Part shown: positions 19,613 to 28,974 of the stretch, piece after piece
How the letters are laid out: each line of letters starts with the position of its first letter
Numbering within the stretch: position 1 is the stretch's first letter
DNA from: Nitrososphaeraceae archaeon
GTDB taxonomy: Archaea > Thermoproteota > Nitrososphaeria > Nitrososphaerales > Nitrososphaeraceae
DNA: 47,677 bases
Reading direction: 5' to 3'
Assembly: GCA_036374075.1 (NCBI GenBank)
Contig: DASUUM010000026.1
Span: forward strand, 1 to 47,677
Translations under genes and position numbers: made by a program
Notes under the pieces: generated by a model
Seen by the model: the letters and a program-made list of their open reading frames with translations, nothing else
What the model was told of the DNA's origin: nothing
Database searches by the model: none

Positions 19613-20728
19613 TTGATAGAAAAATATAAAGATATTACTGTAGTAAATGGCAAATCTAATTTAGATAAAGAGTCAAATAATTCTCTTTTCATTTGTGTAA
19701 TCTCGCATACCGAAACAAGTGAAATTCCAGGTATTACTGCTGCAGGTGCTAATAAAGACTTGATAAAATATACACCTGTTGCTGATGCAGAATTTCTATA
19801 TTATGGAAAATGTAATTGTATAAACGGAGTACCTGCAACACCTGATGGAAAACCAACGCCTGCAATAATAACAAAAACCATGTTAAATATTGGAAATATT
19901 CCTTTTATTGTAGTGGATGCAGGGGTAAAAATTAAACCAGATATTCCAATGTTTTCCTTTGACCTAAAATCAGGTTATAATATATTAAAAGGTATAGCTA
20001 TGGAGTCAAAAGAAGTAGAAAAAGCCTACAAATATGGATTAATTGTTGGTAAACAACTTTCTAAAAGTAATGATCTTATAATTCTTGGAGAAAGCATTCC
20101 TGGTGGAACTACGACTGCCTTGGGAGTAATGCTATCTTTAGGTGTAGATGCAGAAAATAAAATAAGTAGCAGTATGTCGAAAAATCCACATAATTTAAAA
20201 AATACAATTGTAAGGCAAAGTATGAAAAATAACAATATTACTTTTGGATCATTGAAAGATAAACCTTTTGATGCTATCTCTTTGTTAGGTGATCCCATGA
20301 TTCCTTCAGTGACAGGGATTGCACAGGGAGCTATTGAATATGGTAGAAAAGTAATGCTTGCAGGAGGAACCCAAATGTGTGCTATTTTATCAATTTTAAA
20401 AAGTCTTAATGTTAAAACTGATAATATTTCAATAGGTACTACAAAATATATTTTAAATGATCAAACTGCAGATTTTAAAAATTTAGTATTGTCTATTGAT
20501 AATAATGTAGGTATATTCGTTGTAGATTTACATTTAATTGAATCTACAAAACAAGGACTAAAAGCATTTGCAAATGGCTTTGTAAAAGAAGGGGTCGGTG
20601 CCGGAGGAGTATCAATTGCAACAATGATAAAGAAAAAGGGAAAAATCAATGGAAAAATTTTGCTAAAATATATTGAAAGAGAATATGAAAAAAATATTGA
20701 AGAAAAATTGTACATTAAACCAAATTAA
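19613..20728 (+). CDS. cobT: Archaeal-type nicotinate-nucleotide-dimethylbenzimidazole phosphoribosyltransferase
   Basis: IPGITAAG, PTPAIIT, GESIPGGTTTA, LAGGTQM and VKEGVGAGG motifs. Confidence 0.88.
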   Translation: MIEKYKDITVVNGKSNLDKESNNSLFICVISHTETSEIPGITAAGANKDLIKYTPVADAEFLYYGKCNCINGVPATPDGKPTPAIITKTMLNIGNIPFIVVDAGVKIKPDIPMFSFDLKSGYNILKGIAMESKEVEKAYKYGLIVGKQLSKSNDLIILGESIPGGTTTALGVMLSLGVDAENKISSSMSKNPHNLKNTIVRQSMKNNNITFGSLKDKPFDAISLLGDPMIPSVTGIAQGAIEYGRKVMLAGGTQMCAILSILKSLNVKTDNISIGTTKYILNDQTADFKNLVLSIDNNVGIFVVDLHLIESTKQGLKAFANGFVKEGVGAGGVSIATMIKKKGKINGKILLKYIEREYEKNIEEKLYIKPN

Positions 20729-20752
20729 TATTGTGATTAAAAATAAATTAAA

Positions 20753-22540
20753 TTATTTTACCGTTACTGATTTAGCTAAATTTCTCGGATAGTCGGGATT
20801 AGCATTCTTTTTTATTGCAAGATAATAAGATAATATTTGAATTGGAATAATTTCAATAATTGGATACAAATATTTATTAACTAAGGGTAATTTGATAAAA
20901 TAGTCATAGAGATCATTATTTTTATTCGAAATTCCAATAATTATTGCTCCTCTAGATTTCATTTGATGTATGCTATTTAATATGTTATAGTAAGTTTCAT
21001 CTTCTGGATTAAGTACTATAACTATTGTACCAGGTTCAATCAATGCCAAAGGTCCATGTTTGATTTCTCCAGCAGCTACACCCTCTGCATGAATATAAGC
21101 AAGTTCTTTAATTTTTAAAGCTCCTTCCAATGCAATTGGATAGTGATAAGATGTACCTAGAATATAGATATCTTTGACAGATTTTAGATCCTCAGCTATT
21201 TTTTCCAAATATGAATCATCTTTTAGAATCTCATTTAGAACATTACTAAACATAGCTGTTGACATATCTAATGGCCTATTATTTGTACAAAAATTATCTA
21301 TTATAGAATATATTACTGCCAATTGTGCAGTAAAACTTTTTGTTGCAGCTACACCTATTTCTGGTCCAGAATTTATGGAAACATAATGATCACTTAATCT
21401 ACATAAGGAAGAAGTTGATATATTTACGATTGATAGAATTTTTGCTTTATGTTGTTTAGCTATCTTAACGGAATTTAAAACATCTGCTGTTTCACCACTC
21501 TGTGAAATAGCGATCAAGAGAGAATTTTCATCAATATGATCAGACACGTATTCAAATTCACTTGACATTATTATTTCTGTTCTTATCTTTGCAAATTTAT
21601 AGAAAAGATATTTTGCTAATAATGCTGAATGATAACTCGTCCCACTTCCTGTAATAAAAATATTCGTAGAGGAAGAAATAATATCTACGGCTCTTTTAAG
21701 AGAACTTCTGTTGATCTGAAAAGCCATAGGTATAGAATTTTTTTGTTCGTGGATCTCTTTGATTGTATAATGAGCGTATTTGCCTTTATCAATATCTCCT
21801 AATTCCCAAGCGACTTGAGTTATAGGTCTTGATATAGCATTACCATTAAAATCAAATAAATTTATATTTTGATCATCTAGAATAACTATATCATAATTAT
21901 CAAGAAAAATAGCTTTATCAGTATATTCTAAGAATCCTAATACATCACTAGAAATAAAATTGCCGTTGTTTCCAATTCCAATAATTAATGGTTCATCTAA
22001 TCGAGCACCAGCTACTAGTCCAGATTTGAAAATTGCAACAAATGCATAAGAACCATGTATTTGCTTACACGTTTCAATAATAGCTTGTTTGATATCAAAC
22101 TTTTTGAGATAGGTCTCTATCAAATGTGCAATTACTTCGCTATCAGTTTGACTTTGAAAAATATGACCTTGTTTTACAAGATTATCCTTCAATTGTTGAT
22201 AATTATCTATTATTCCATTATGAACTACAACTACATTATTGTCACAGTCTGTATGCGGATGTGCATTAGATTTACTTATACCTCCATGAGTAGCCCAGCG
22301 AGTATGTCCTATTCCTACTTGTCCTGGCATTTTATATAATTGTAGAGAGTTATCAACCTCACATACTTTGCCTACGCCTTTACGGATTAAAATATTATTG
22401 CTTTCAAGAGTAGCTATTCCAACGCTATCATATCCTCTATATTCCATTTTCTTTAAACTTTCAACAAGAACCGATGCTGCAGTAAATTTGCCATTAAATT
22501 TGCCATTAGATTTGCTAATATATCCTATTATAGAGCACAT
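20753..22540 (-). CDS. glmS: Glutamine--fructose-6-phosphate aminotransferase (isomerizing)
   Basis: N-terminal Cys, EYRGYDS, GHTRWATHG, SQSGET, KHGP and the terminal PRNLAKSVTVK. Confidence 0.97.
   Translation of the reverse strand: MCSIIGYISKSNGKFNGKFTAASVLVESLKKMEYRGYDSVGIATLESNNILIRKGVGKVCEVDNSLQLYKMPGQVGIGHTRWATHGGISKSNAHPHTDCDNNVVVVHNGIIDNYQQLKDNLVKQGHIFQSQTDSEVIAHLIETYLKKFDIKQAIIETCKQIHGSYAFVAIFKSGLVAGARLDEPLIIGIGNNGNFISSDVLGFLEYTDKAIFLDNYDIVILDDQNINLFDFNGNAISRPITQVAWELGDIDKGKYAHYTIKEIHEQKNSIPMAFQINRSSLKRAVDIISSSTNIFITGSGTSYHSALLAKYLFYKFAKIRTEIIMSSEFEYVSDHIDENSLLIAISQSGETADVLNSVKIAKQHKAKILSIVNISTSSLCRLSDHYVSINSGPEIGVAATKSFTAQLAVIYSIIDNFCTNNRPLDMSTAMFSNVLNEILKDDSYLEKIAEDLKSVKDIYILGTSYHYPIALEGALKIKELAYIHAEGVAAGEIKHGPLALIEPGTIVIVLNPEDETYYNILNSIHQMKSRGAIIIGISNKNNDLYDYFIKLPLVNKYLYPIIEIIPIQILSYYLAIKKNANPDYPRNLAKSVTVK
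22484..22515. repeat. 12-bp in-frame tandem repeat inside glmS (encodes NGKF x2)
   Basis: AAATTTGCCATT twice (22484-22507) plus a partial third copy AGATTTGC. Confidence 0.85.
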
Positions 22541-22544
22541 GAAT

Positions 22545-22581
22545 TATACTATACAAACTAAAATTTAGTTTAAATAGTATA
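22545..22581. promoter_or_regulatory. 37-bp imperfect palindrome overlapping the putative glmS TATA box (candidate operator)
   Basis: TATACTAT-ac-AAACTAAA-a-TTTAGTTT-aa-ATAGTATA; TTTAAA at 22569-22574 lies about 30 nt upstream of the glmS ATG. Confidence 0.5.
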
Positions 22582-22713
22582 TTACTAAATCTATCATACC
22601 ACTACAAAAATATTTATAATATTATTTTGATTTTACAGTAGAAAATAATAAATTCTCTTTATAATTATTTTACCGGTATAAAACATTTTATAGATAATAA
22701 AACAAGGAATAGA

Positions 22714-23667
22714 ATGAAAAAAAAGACAATAATCTATGATCATAATGGAAATACCATAAGTAAAAAAATTTTATTGTTTGATAATGTAACTGATATGAGA
22801 ATTTTATCTAATAATATTGCATGGAAAATAATAGAACTATTATCAATTAGGGCTATGTATCCTGCACAAATAGCAAAAGAATTAAAACTTTTTGAGCAAA
22901 CAGTATATTATTATATTAGAAAATTAGTTCAAATTGGAGCTATAGAACAAGTAGGAACAAGTTTAATAAAGGGAGGTACAGCTAGGCTTTACTCAACCAC
23001 AAGTCCTTCATTCGGTTTAGAACTTGAAGGTGGTGGGAAAGAATTAGAATCTTCAAAATACTTAAAAAAACAAAAGAGAAACAATGTACCTTCTATATTA
23101 AAAGAGTTTTACAAAGATAATTCATTTTATGGATTAATAGTTGTAGGAGCACCTGATCCTCATGGTCCTTACAAATCTTCTTCAAGAGATGGACATTATG
23201 CGGTTCATTTGAGTTTTTATCTAGGAACTTTATGTGATTCATCTTCTGGCTTCGTAGTTAAATTGGATGTAGATGCAAAAGCAGAAAAGGATATTGATAA
23301 TATAAATTTAATATTAATTGGAGGTCCAGGAACCAATATTGTTACTTCTGAATTCAACAAATACCTTCCAATTCAATTTAATGAAGATAATTATTGGTCA
23401 GGGTTAATCGACAAGTCAGGGAGAATATTTAATATGGATAATCATGGATTAATTGCTAAAATAAATAATCCCTATAACAAAGATAAGAAAATTCTAGTTC
23501 TAGCAGGTGTAAGGACTATAGGAACGAAAGCAGCAGTAATTGCATTAACAAATTATGGAAACAAAATATTTGACAAGTATATGAATGATGAGGAATTAGC
23601 ATTAGTGGTTCAAGGATTCGATATGAATTCAGATGGAAAAATAGATCATGTTGATATTGTTTCTTAA
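22714..23667 (+). CDS. ArsR-like HTH protein with C-terminal S-layer-like alpha/beta domain
   Basis: HTH MYPAQIAKELKLFEQTVYYYIRKL..G; C-terminal NLILIGGPGTN and LVLAG..GT motifs; no signal peptide. Confidence 0.7.
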   Translation: MKKKTIIYDHNGNTISKKILLFDNVTDMRILSNNIAWKIIELLSIRAMYPAQIAKELKLFEQTVYYYIRKLVQIGAIEQVGTSLIKGGTARLYSTTSPSFGLELEGGGKELESSKYLKKQKRNNVPSILKEFYKDNSFYGLIVVGAPDPHGPYKSSSRDGHYAVHLSFYLGTLCDSSSGFVVKLDVDAKAEKDIDNINLILIGGPGTNIVTSEFNKYLPIQFNEDNYWSGLIDKSGRIFNMDNHGLIAKINNPYNKDKKILVLAGVRTIGTKAAVIALTNYGNKIFDKYMNDEELALVVQGFDMNSDGKIDHVDIVS

Positions 23668-24177
23668 TTATTGACTGGGTGGAGGATTTTGTAATTGAGT
23701 AATAAATTCATCATGTAAGACAATTGTAGGTTCTTCATCTTTCCTTACCATGTAACCAGGAATGTTAATAACTCTTTCACCTATTGAGACATGACCATGG
23801 ACTACTAACTGTCTTGATTGTTGTGGAGACTTTGATACACCCTTTTTCATAATGATGGTTTGCAATCGTCTTTCTAAAATATCTTCTAATTTTAAATTAA
23901 GAACATCATCTAGAGTTGCAGATTCTTTTACTAATCCAAGTTTATGAAGATAATTTAAAAGTTTAGTTTCTTGTACTTGTCTTGCCTCAACTGTTAAAGC
24001 TAATAATTCACGTGCTTGATTTCTTATATCTGCAACCTTAGTTTGTGCTTTCCATAATTCACTTTTGCTTCTAAGACCATAAGAGCCAATAAGATATAAC
24101 TCTGAACTTAATTGTTCTGTAGTCCATATCTGACGTGGTCTTCTGAATGTTTTTCTTGATTTTTTAGGATCGCCCAT
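23668..24177 (-). CDS. rps4: 30S ribosomal protein S4 (uS4)
   Basis: MGDPKK, YGLR, LERRLQT and RQLVVHGHV motifs. Confidence 0.96.
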   Translation of the reverse strand: MGDPKKSRKTFRRPRQIWTTEQLSSELYLIGSYGLRSKSELWKAQTKVADIRNQARELLALTVEARQVQETKLLNYLHKLGLVKESATLDDVLNLKLEDILERRLQTIIMKKGVSKSPQQSRQLVVHGHVSIGERVINIPGYMVRKDEEPTIVLHDEFITQLQNPPPSQ

Positions 24178-24665
24178 TACTTACCACCACTTTTTTGTTC
24201 TTTTGCTTGTGTAGTCAATGCAGTTTTGCGTACTCCTACTGCACTAGCTCTTCGACCTGTAGTACGTGTACGTTGACCTCTAACACGTAATCCAAACATA
24301 TGTCTATAGCCTCTCCAACTCATAATACTTTTTTCTCTATCTATATCATTTGAAACAATAAAATCCAGATCTGATGTAAGTAAATGAAGGTTAGATCCAG
24401 TATCCATATCTTTTCTCCTATTAAAGTAGAAAGACGGAATACCGATTTTATTAGGATCTTTAAGAGCATCCTCTATATCATGTAATTCTTTATCAGTAAG
24501 AAGACCAACTCTAATATATGGATTAATATTTAATTTTTGAAGTAATACTTGAGCAAAATTATAACCGACGCCCTTAACTTTACTCAAAGCAACAGTTATT
24601 TTTTTATCTCCTTCCACATCTTTTCCCATGATTCTAACAATATGTTTATAGTCTGCTGTTGACAA
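24177..24665 (-). CDS. rps13: 30S ribosomal protein S13 (uS13)
   Basis: KGVG, NRRKD and WRGYRH..GLRVRGQRTRTTGR motifs; TTG start. Confidence 0.96.
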   Translation of the reverse strand: MSTADYKHIVRIMGKDVEGDKKITVALSKVKGVGYNFAQVLLQKLNINPYIRVGLLTDKELHDIEDALKDPNKIGIPSFYFNRRKDMDTGSNLHLLTSDLDFIVSNDIDREKSIMSWRGYRHMFGLRVRGQRTRTTGRRASAVGVRKTALTTQAKEQKSGGK

Positions 24666-25048
24666 CTCTTAAAACTAGGGTTTAGACCTAAATAAAAATC
24701 ATACTAGAATTGAAGAGAAAAATAATTTTAATAAAAAATAGAGAAAATATAATTTAATAAAATTGAACATGTCGAAATGAGTATTTTATAAATTTTAAAT
24801 AGCAATATATGTATTTATTTGTAATACTATTATATTATTAATAGTAAAATATCAAAGAATAACATAAAGTAAAAAGATCAAGAAATACAATATAATAACC
24901 TTTAATAACAAAATTTAAAAAATAGAATTAGCAATAGCAATTCATTAGTTTAGTTTATATTATTTATAAAAAATAATTTTCGAATAACAGAACATATGTA
25001 AATCTTTTTAACAATGTTTAAATTTTGTTTTAATCAGCAAGAAATCTG

Positions 25049-26713
25049 TTGAATTTTAAAGATATTGAGAGGATGGTATTAGACTCTTACCAGTCTTATC
25101 CAACATATAATGAAATATTTCCTGGTGTTCCAGAAAATTATAAGGAAATCAATACATTAAGAGATCTTCTGGAAATAAATTATAAACATATTAAAGTTGA
25201 TCGCCAAATTAGAGGAAATTTAATAAGACTTATTAAAAAAGGTGAAAACCCATATAAGGGAATCATCGGATATGATGATGATATAATACCCTCAATAAAT
25301 AGAGGAATTCTTGCTGGTCATGATCTGCTATTAGTAGGACAAATAGGTCAGGCTAAAACAAAACTATCTGAAGCTATCTCCAAAAATCTCTTATCACCAA
25401 TACCTATTATTAGAGAATCATTAACCAATGATATCCCCACAACAATTAGAGCTGAAGAAATGATTTCCTTATTAAATGACAAAGAAATTGTACATTATTC
25501 ACCAAGGTTCACTATTTCAAAGGAAACAGAAGATAATATTAGAAATAATGGACTAGATGCTAAAATAGAATGGATTAGTGGATCAGAAAGATATAGATAT
25601 ATTTTAGCAACTCCTGATATTTCAGTTAAAGATTTAGTAGGACAAATTGATGCTATTAAAATAGCAAAAAAAGGAGTTGAAATATATAATATAGAATCAT
25701 ATTCACCGGGTCAGCTATTACAAGCCAGACATGGTATTTTGTGTATTGATGAATTACCTGTTTTAGATCCTAGAAAACAAGTTTCTTTATTAAGCGTATT
25801 ACAAGAAGGTAAATTTACTACTGGGTCATATCCTGTTTACTTTGAGCCAGATCTAAAAATAATAGCTACTTCTAATCCGATCGATTATACTCATTCTGGA
25901 AAAATAATAGAACCGTTATTTGATAGACTTCGAAGTCATATTGAAACACGTTATCCTACAAAAATCATTGATGAAATACTTATAACAATACAGGAAATAA
26001 AACTAAGTGATCCAAAAAATATTATTCTACCTATTTTTATTTTGAAGACTATTGTTAATATTACTCAACTAGCTAGAACAAATTCAGATATTAACCAAGA
26101 TAAAGGGGTTAGTGTTAGAATGTCTGTTCATTCAATTGAAGCAATTATTAGTGAGGCTGAACGAGTAAGAGCTTTAATCCATAATGTTAAGGCAGTACCT
26201 AGATTTTCAGATATCAATAGCATACAACAAACATCGAAATTTGAATTATCTGAATTAGAGGACAATAATAAAAACAGAATGGAAATTTTAAATAAATTGA
26301 TTCTTGAATCAATAAAAAACATATCCAGAGAATATATCCAAAACATCGATAGAGATGAGATTGGATTATTAAAAAATGAATTTGATAAGAATAAAAAATT
26401 TATAGTATCACAAAAACTTCTAGGAAATGAAAATAGCGATTCTCTTAATGATTATGAAAATCAATTGAAAAACTTTCCGACATTCTTAAAAATAATAAAT
26501 AAAATGGTAGAAATTATGGAAAATGAAAAAGACGAATTTACAAAAAATATCGAATATAATAGAATTGATATTAATGGATTATCTTTTTTTAATAAACAAG
26601 ATAAAGAATATAGAGCATCATTAGTAGAATTAGTACTTGAGGGTCTACGGAATTTAGATAATCCAATTGTCGACAGAAGAGAAAAGGGAATATATGAATC
26701 CACATATGAATAA
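25049..26713 (+). CDS. AAA+ ATPase, Mg-chelatase/MoxR-like (resembles the mycobacterial Rv0958 type)
   Basis: Variant Walker A GQIGQAKT, Walker B ILCIDE, ATPD.SVKDLVG, SNP.DY, L.DR and GVSVR motifs. Confidence 0.8.
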   Translation: MNFKDIERMVLDSYQSYPTYNEIFPGVPENYKEINTLRDLLEINYKHIKVDRQIRGNLIRLIKKGENPYKGIIGYDDDIIPSINRGILAGHDLLLVGQIGQAKTKLSEAISKNLLSPIPIIRESLTNDIPTTIRAEEMISLLNDKEIVHYSPRFTISKETEDNIRNNGLDAKIEWISGSERYRYILATPDISVKDLVGQIDAIKIAKKGVEIYNIESYSPGQLLQARHGILCIDELPVLDPRKQVSLLSVLQEGKFTTGSYPVYFEPDLKIIATSNPIDYTHSGKIIEPLFDRLRSHIETRYPTKIIDEILITIQEIKLSDPKNIILPIFILKTIVNITQLARTNSDINQDKGVSVRMSVHSIEAIISEAERVRALIHNVKAVPRFSDINSIQQTSKFELSELEDNNKNRMEILNKLILESIKNISREYIQNIDRDEIGLLKNEFDKNKKFIVSQKLLGNENSDSLNDYENQLKNFPTFLKIINKMVEIMENEKDEFTKNIEYNRIDINGLSFFNKQDKEYRASLVELVLEGLRNLDNPIVDRREKGIYESTYE

Positions 26714-28109
26714 CGCAAAAGATTTCATTTATTTTCCTTTCAAAAAAGAATCATCTAATAATACTTCAAAAAAAAAAATTGAAGATCAAGGAGAACAAAA
26801 CTTAAGTCCTGAATTACTAGAAGATCTACTAAAATCAGTTGGACGAGAAATTCTCAAAGAGAGGACACCCACATTAGAGGAATTAGAACAAACCTTACAA
26901 GAAAGTATAAGAAAAAAAGAAGAAAAAAATCAGGATAAAAATAAGAAAGAAAATGATTTTGATTACAAAAATGATATATATCCAACAACCACACCTTACA
27001 AAAATGTAAAATCAAATAAATCAATTATTACAACCCTTATAAAAAAAGGTTATTTAAAAAATTCAGAAAAATGGTTAAGTAGTAAAGGATTTGTGAATAT
27101 TGGTGGAAAAATACTACAAGATGTTATGAAAGAATTAAAAAAAGGTGATTTCGGGATACATGAAACTAAAAGTTTTGGATATGGATCCCTTTTATTAGAC
27201 ACAACAAAAAAATATGAAATTGGTGATGATATTAGATTAATTAATGTTCCAAATTCATTATTAAATTCAATTCAAAGACTTGCAAAAAAAAATGGGAAAA
27301 TTGAAATACCGATAAAATTTGATATTGAAGATTTTGAAGAATATGAAACTATTCAGGATGTTAGAGTTTCAATAGTATATTGCATTGATCTCAGTTCCAC
27401 AATGAGATATTCTACAATGTATGGAGATTTAAGTAGAATAGAAGCTGCTAAGAGAGCATTATGGTCTTTGTATCTATTACATAAAAAATATTTCCCTTCT
27501 GACACAATAAATATAGTAGGATTTGGCGCATTAGCTTCTAAAATACATCCTCAAGATATTCCTTATTTAAAAACTTTTGAGCCTGGTGTTGATTTCCTTC
27601 ATTATACAAATTACCAAGCAGCATTACGGTTATCAAAAAAAATTTTACAAAAAAATCCAGTAGAAAATAAAAGAATTGTCCTTATTACAGATGGGCATCC
27701 TAGCGCATGTTTTATTGATAATGAAAATGAACAGCAAAAAATACTTTCACAAAGACCATATTCTCATTTTTATATTCCTGATAAAAATACAATAAATTCC
27801 ATTAAGAAAAGTCAAGAAATGAATTTAGATATAAATTCAGGAGAATTAGTATATTTGTGTTATAGATATAGACAAGTTGATCAATTTATAGGTGAACGTA
27901 CTATAATTGAGGCCAAAAAATGTTATAAAAAGGGGATTCAAATTGATACTATAATGATAAGCGAAGAAGATTCGCTATTGAGTTATGTAAATGAAATGGA
28001 GAAATATGTAAATGGAAGGTCTTATTATATTAATCCAGATTCAATAGACAAGATGTTATTAACTGATTACATAAATAATAAAAAGAAACTAATTTACTCC
28101 AATACATAA
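26694..28109 (+). CDS. von Willebrand factor A (vWA) domain protein, partner of the upstream AAA+
   Basis: MIDAS-like DLSSTM, YTNYQ and ITDGHP. Start placed at ATG 26694 (26706 also possible), overlapping the upstream gene end. Confidence 0.8.
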   Translation: MNPHMNNAKDFIYFPFKKESSNNTSKKKIEDQGEQNLSPELLEDLLKSVGREILKERTPTLEELEQTLQESIRKKEEKNQDKNKKENDFDYKNDIYPTTTPYKNVKSNKSIITTLIKKGYLKNSEKWLSSKGFVNIGGKILQDVMKELKKGDFGIHETKSFGYGSLLLDTTKKYEIGDDIRLINVPNSLLNSIQRLAKKNGKIEIPIKFDIEDFEEYETIQDVRVSIVYCIDLSSTMRYSTMYGDLSRIEAAKRALWSLYLLHKKYFPSDTINIVGFGALASKIHPQDIPYLKTFEPGVDFLHYTNYQAALRLSKKILQKNPVENKRIVLITDGHPSACFIDNENEQQKILSQRPYSHFYIPDKNTINSIKKSQEMNLDINSGELVYLCYRYRQVDQFIGERTIIEAKKCYKKGIQIDTIMISEEDSLLSYVNEMEKYVNGRSYYINPDSIDKMLLTDYINNKKKLIYSNT

Positions 28110-28164
28110 TGTTTAACAGTTATTGAGTTAATTTATAAATTAAACATACTCTGTAATACTATTA

Positions 28165-28974
28165 ATGAGTAATGTTGTAGAGACAATCAATTATCTAGAT
28201 TGGAATCAATCCATTGATATATTAAAAAAAGCCAAGAAAATTAAACTTTTTGCTCTTATAATAGGTCCTAAAGGAACAGGAAAAACTTCTCTGGTAAGAA
28301 AATTTGCATCTGAACTTGGCAAGAATATTTTTTCTGTAAACTTTAGTCTTAGAACAAGAGAATCTCATTTAATTGGAACTAAAACTATAGAACATGGTGA
28401 AATCAGCTTTGTAGAGGGAATTTTGGTGAAATCTATGAAAGAGGGGGGTATACTTTATTTAGATGAATTAAATGCTGCAGAACCTGATATGCTCCTAAGG
28501 TTAGATGAAGCTTTAGACGATAGGAGGCAAATAATATTGAAAGAAGCAGAAGGTCAGATTATTAGAGCTAGTGAAGAATGGTTTGTAGTTGCTACAATCA
28601 ATCCTTTATCACATATTGGAACGAAAGAATTACCACCTCAACTTTTAAGCAGGTTTCCAATAAGGCTTACTTTAGATTATCCGCCAGAGGAGACAGAACT
28701 TGAGATTATTAAACAACATACTACCATAAATAACGATAATTTAATAAACATACAACGTGCTATAAAATTAGCAAGAGCATTAAGAGAAGCTGCTGGGGTA
28801 GAGGAACTTTTTTATGGACCCAGTTTAAGAGAAACAATTGCATATACTAAATTAGTAAATATTGGTACCGATCCTAAACTTGCGGCTGAAATAGTTTTTG
28901 CCAATACATATAATCAATGGGGAGAAGTAGAATACAGAAAAGTTATGGATATGATAATTTCGATATTTGGTTGA
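28165..28974 (+). CDS. CbbQ/NirQ/NorQ-type MoxR AAA+ ATPase
   Basis: GPKGTGKT, LYLDELN, TINP, SRF and C-terminal PSLRE; 269 aa is typical of this family. Confidence 0.85.
   Translation: MSNVVETINYLDWNQSIDILKKAKKIKLFALIIGPKGTGKTSLVRKFASELGKNIFSVNFSLRTRESHLIGTKTIEHGEISFVEGILVKSMKEGGILYLDELNAAEPDMLLRLDEALDDRRQIILKEAEGQIIRASEEWFVVATINPLSHIGTKELPPQLLSRFPIRLTLDYPPEETELEIIKQHTTINNDNLINIQRAIKLARALREAAGVEELFYGPSLRETIAYTKLVNIGTDPKLAAEIVFANTYNQWGEVEYRKVMDMIISIFG

Noticed and set aside
22714-23667. Literal annotation as an S-layer protein
   Set aside because: No signal peptide or membrane anchor, and the N-terminal HTH indicates a cytoplasmic protein.
24666-25048. Long, extremely AT-rich spacer as a replication origin
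   Set aside because: No ORB-like repeats and no cdc6/orc1 gene nearby; divergent promoters are a sufficient explanation.
25049-26713. Literal annotation as magnesium chelatase or sigma-54 activator
   Set aside because: No GAFTGA loop, archaea lack sigma-54, and no chelatase large subunit is nearby; the vWA partner points to a MoxR-like chaperone.
28917-28970. N-terminal extension of the second vWA ORF
   Set aside because: It lies inside the CbbQ-type gene; the stop-overlapping TTG or the nearby GTG is more plausible.
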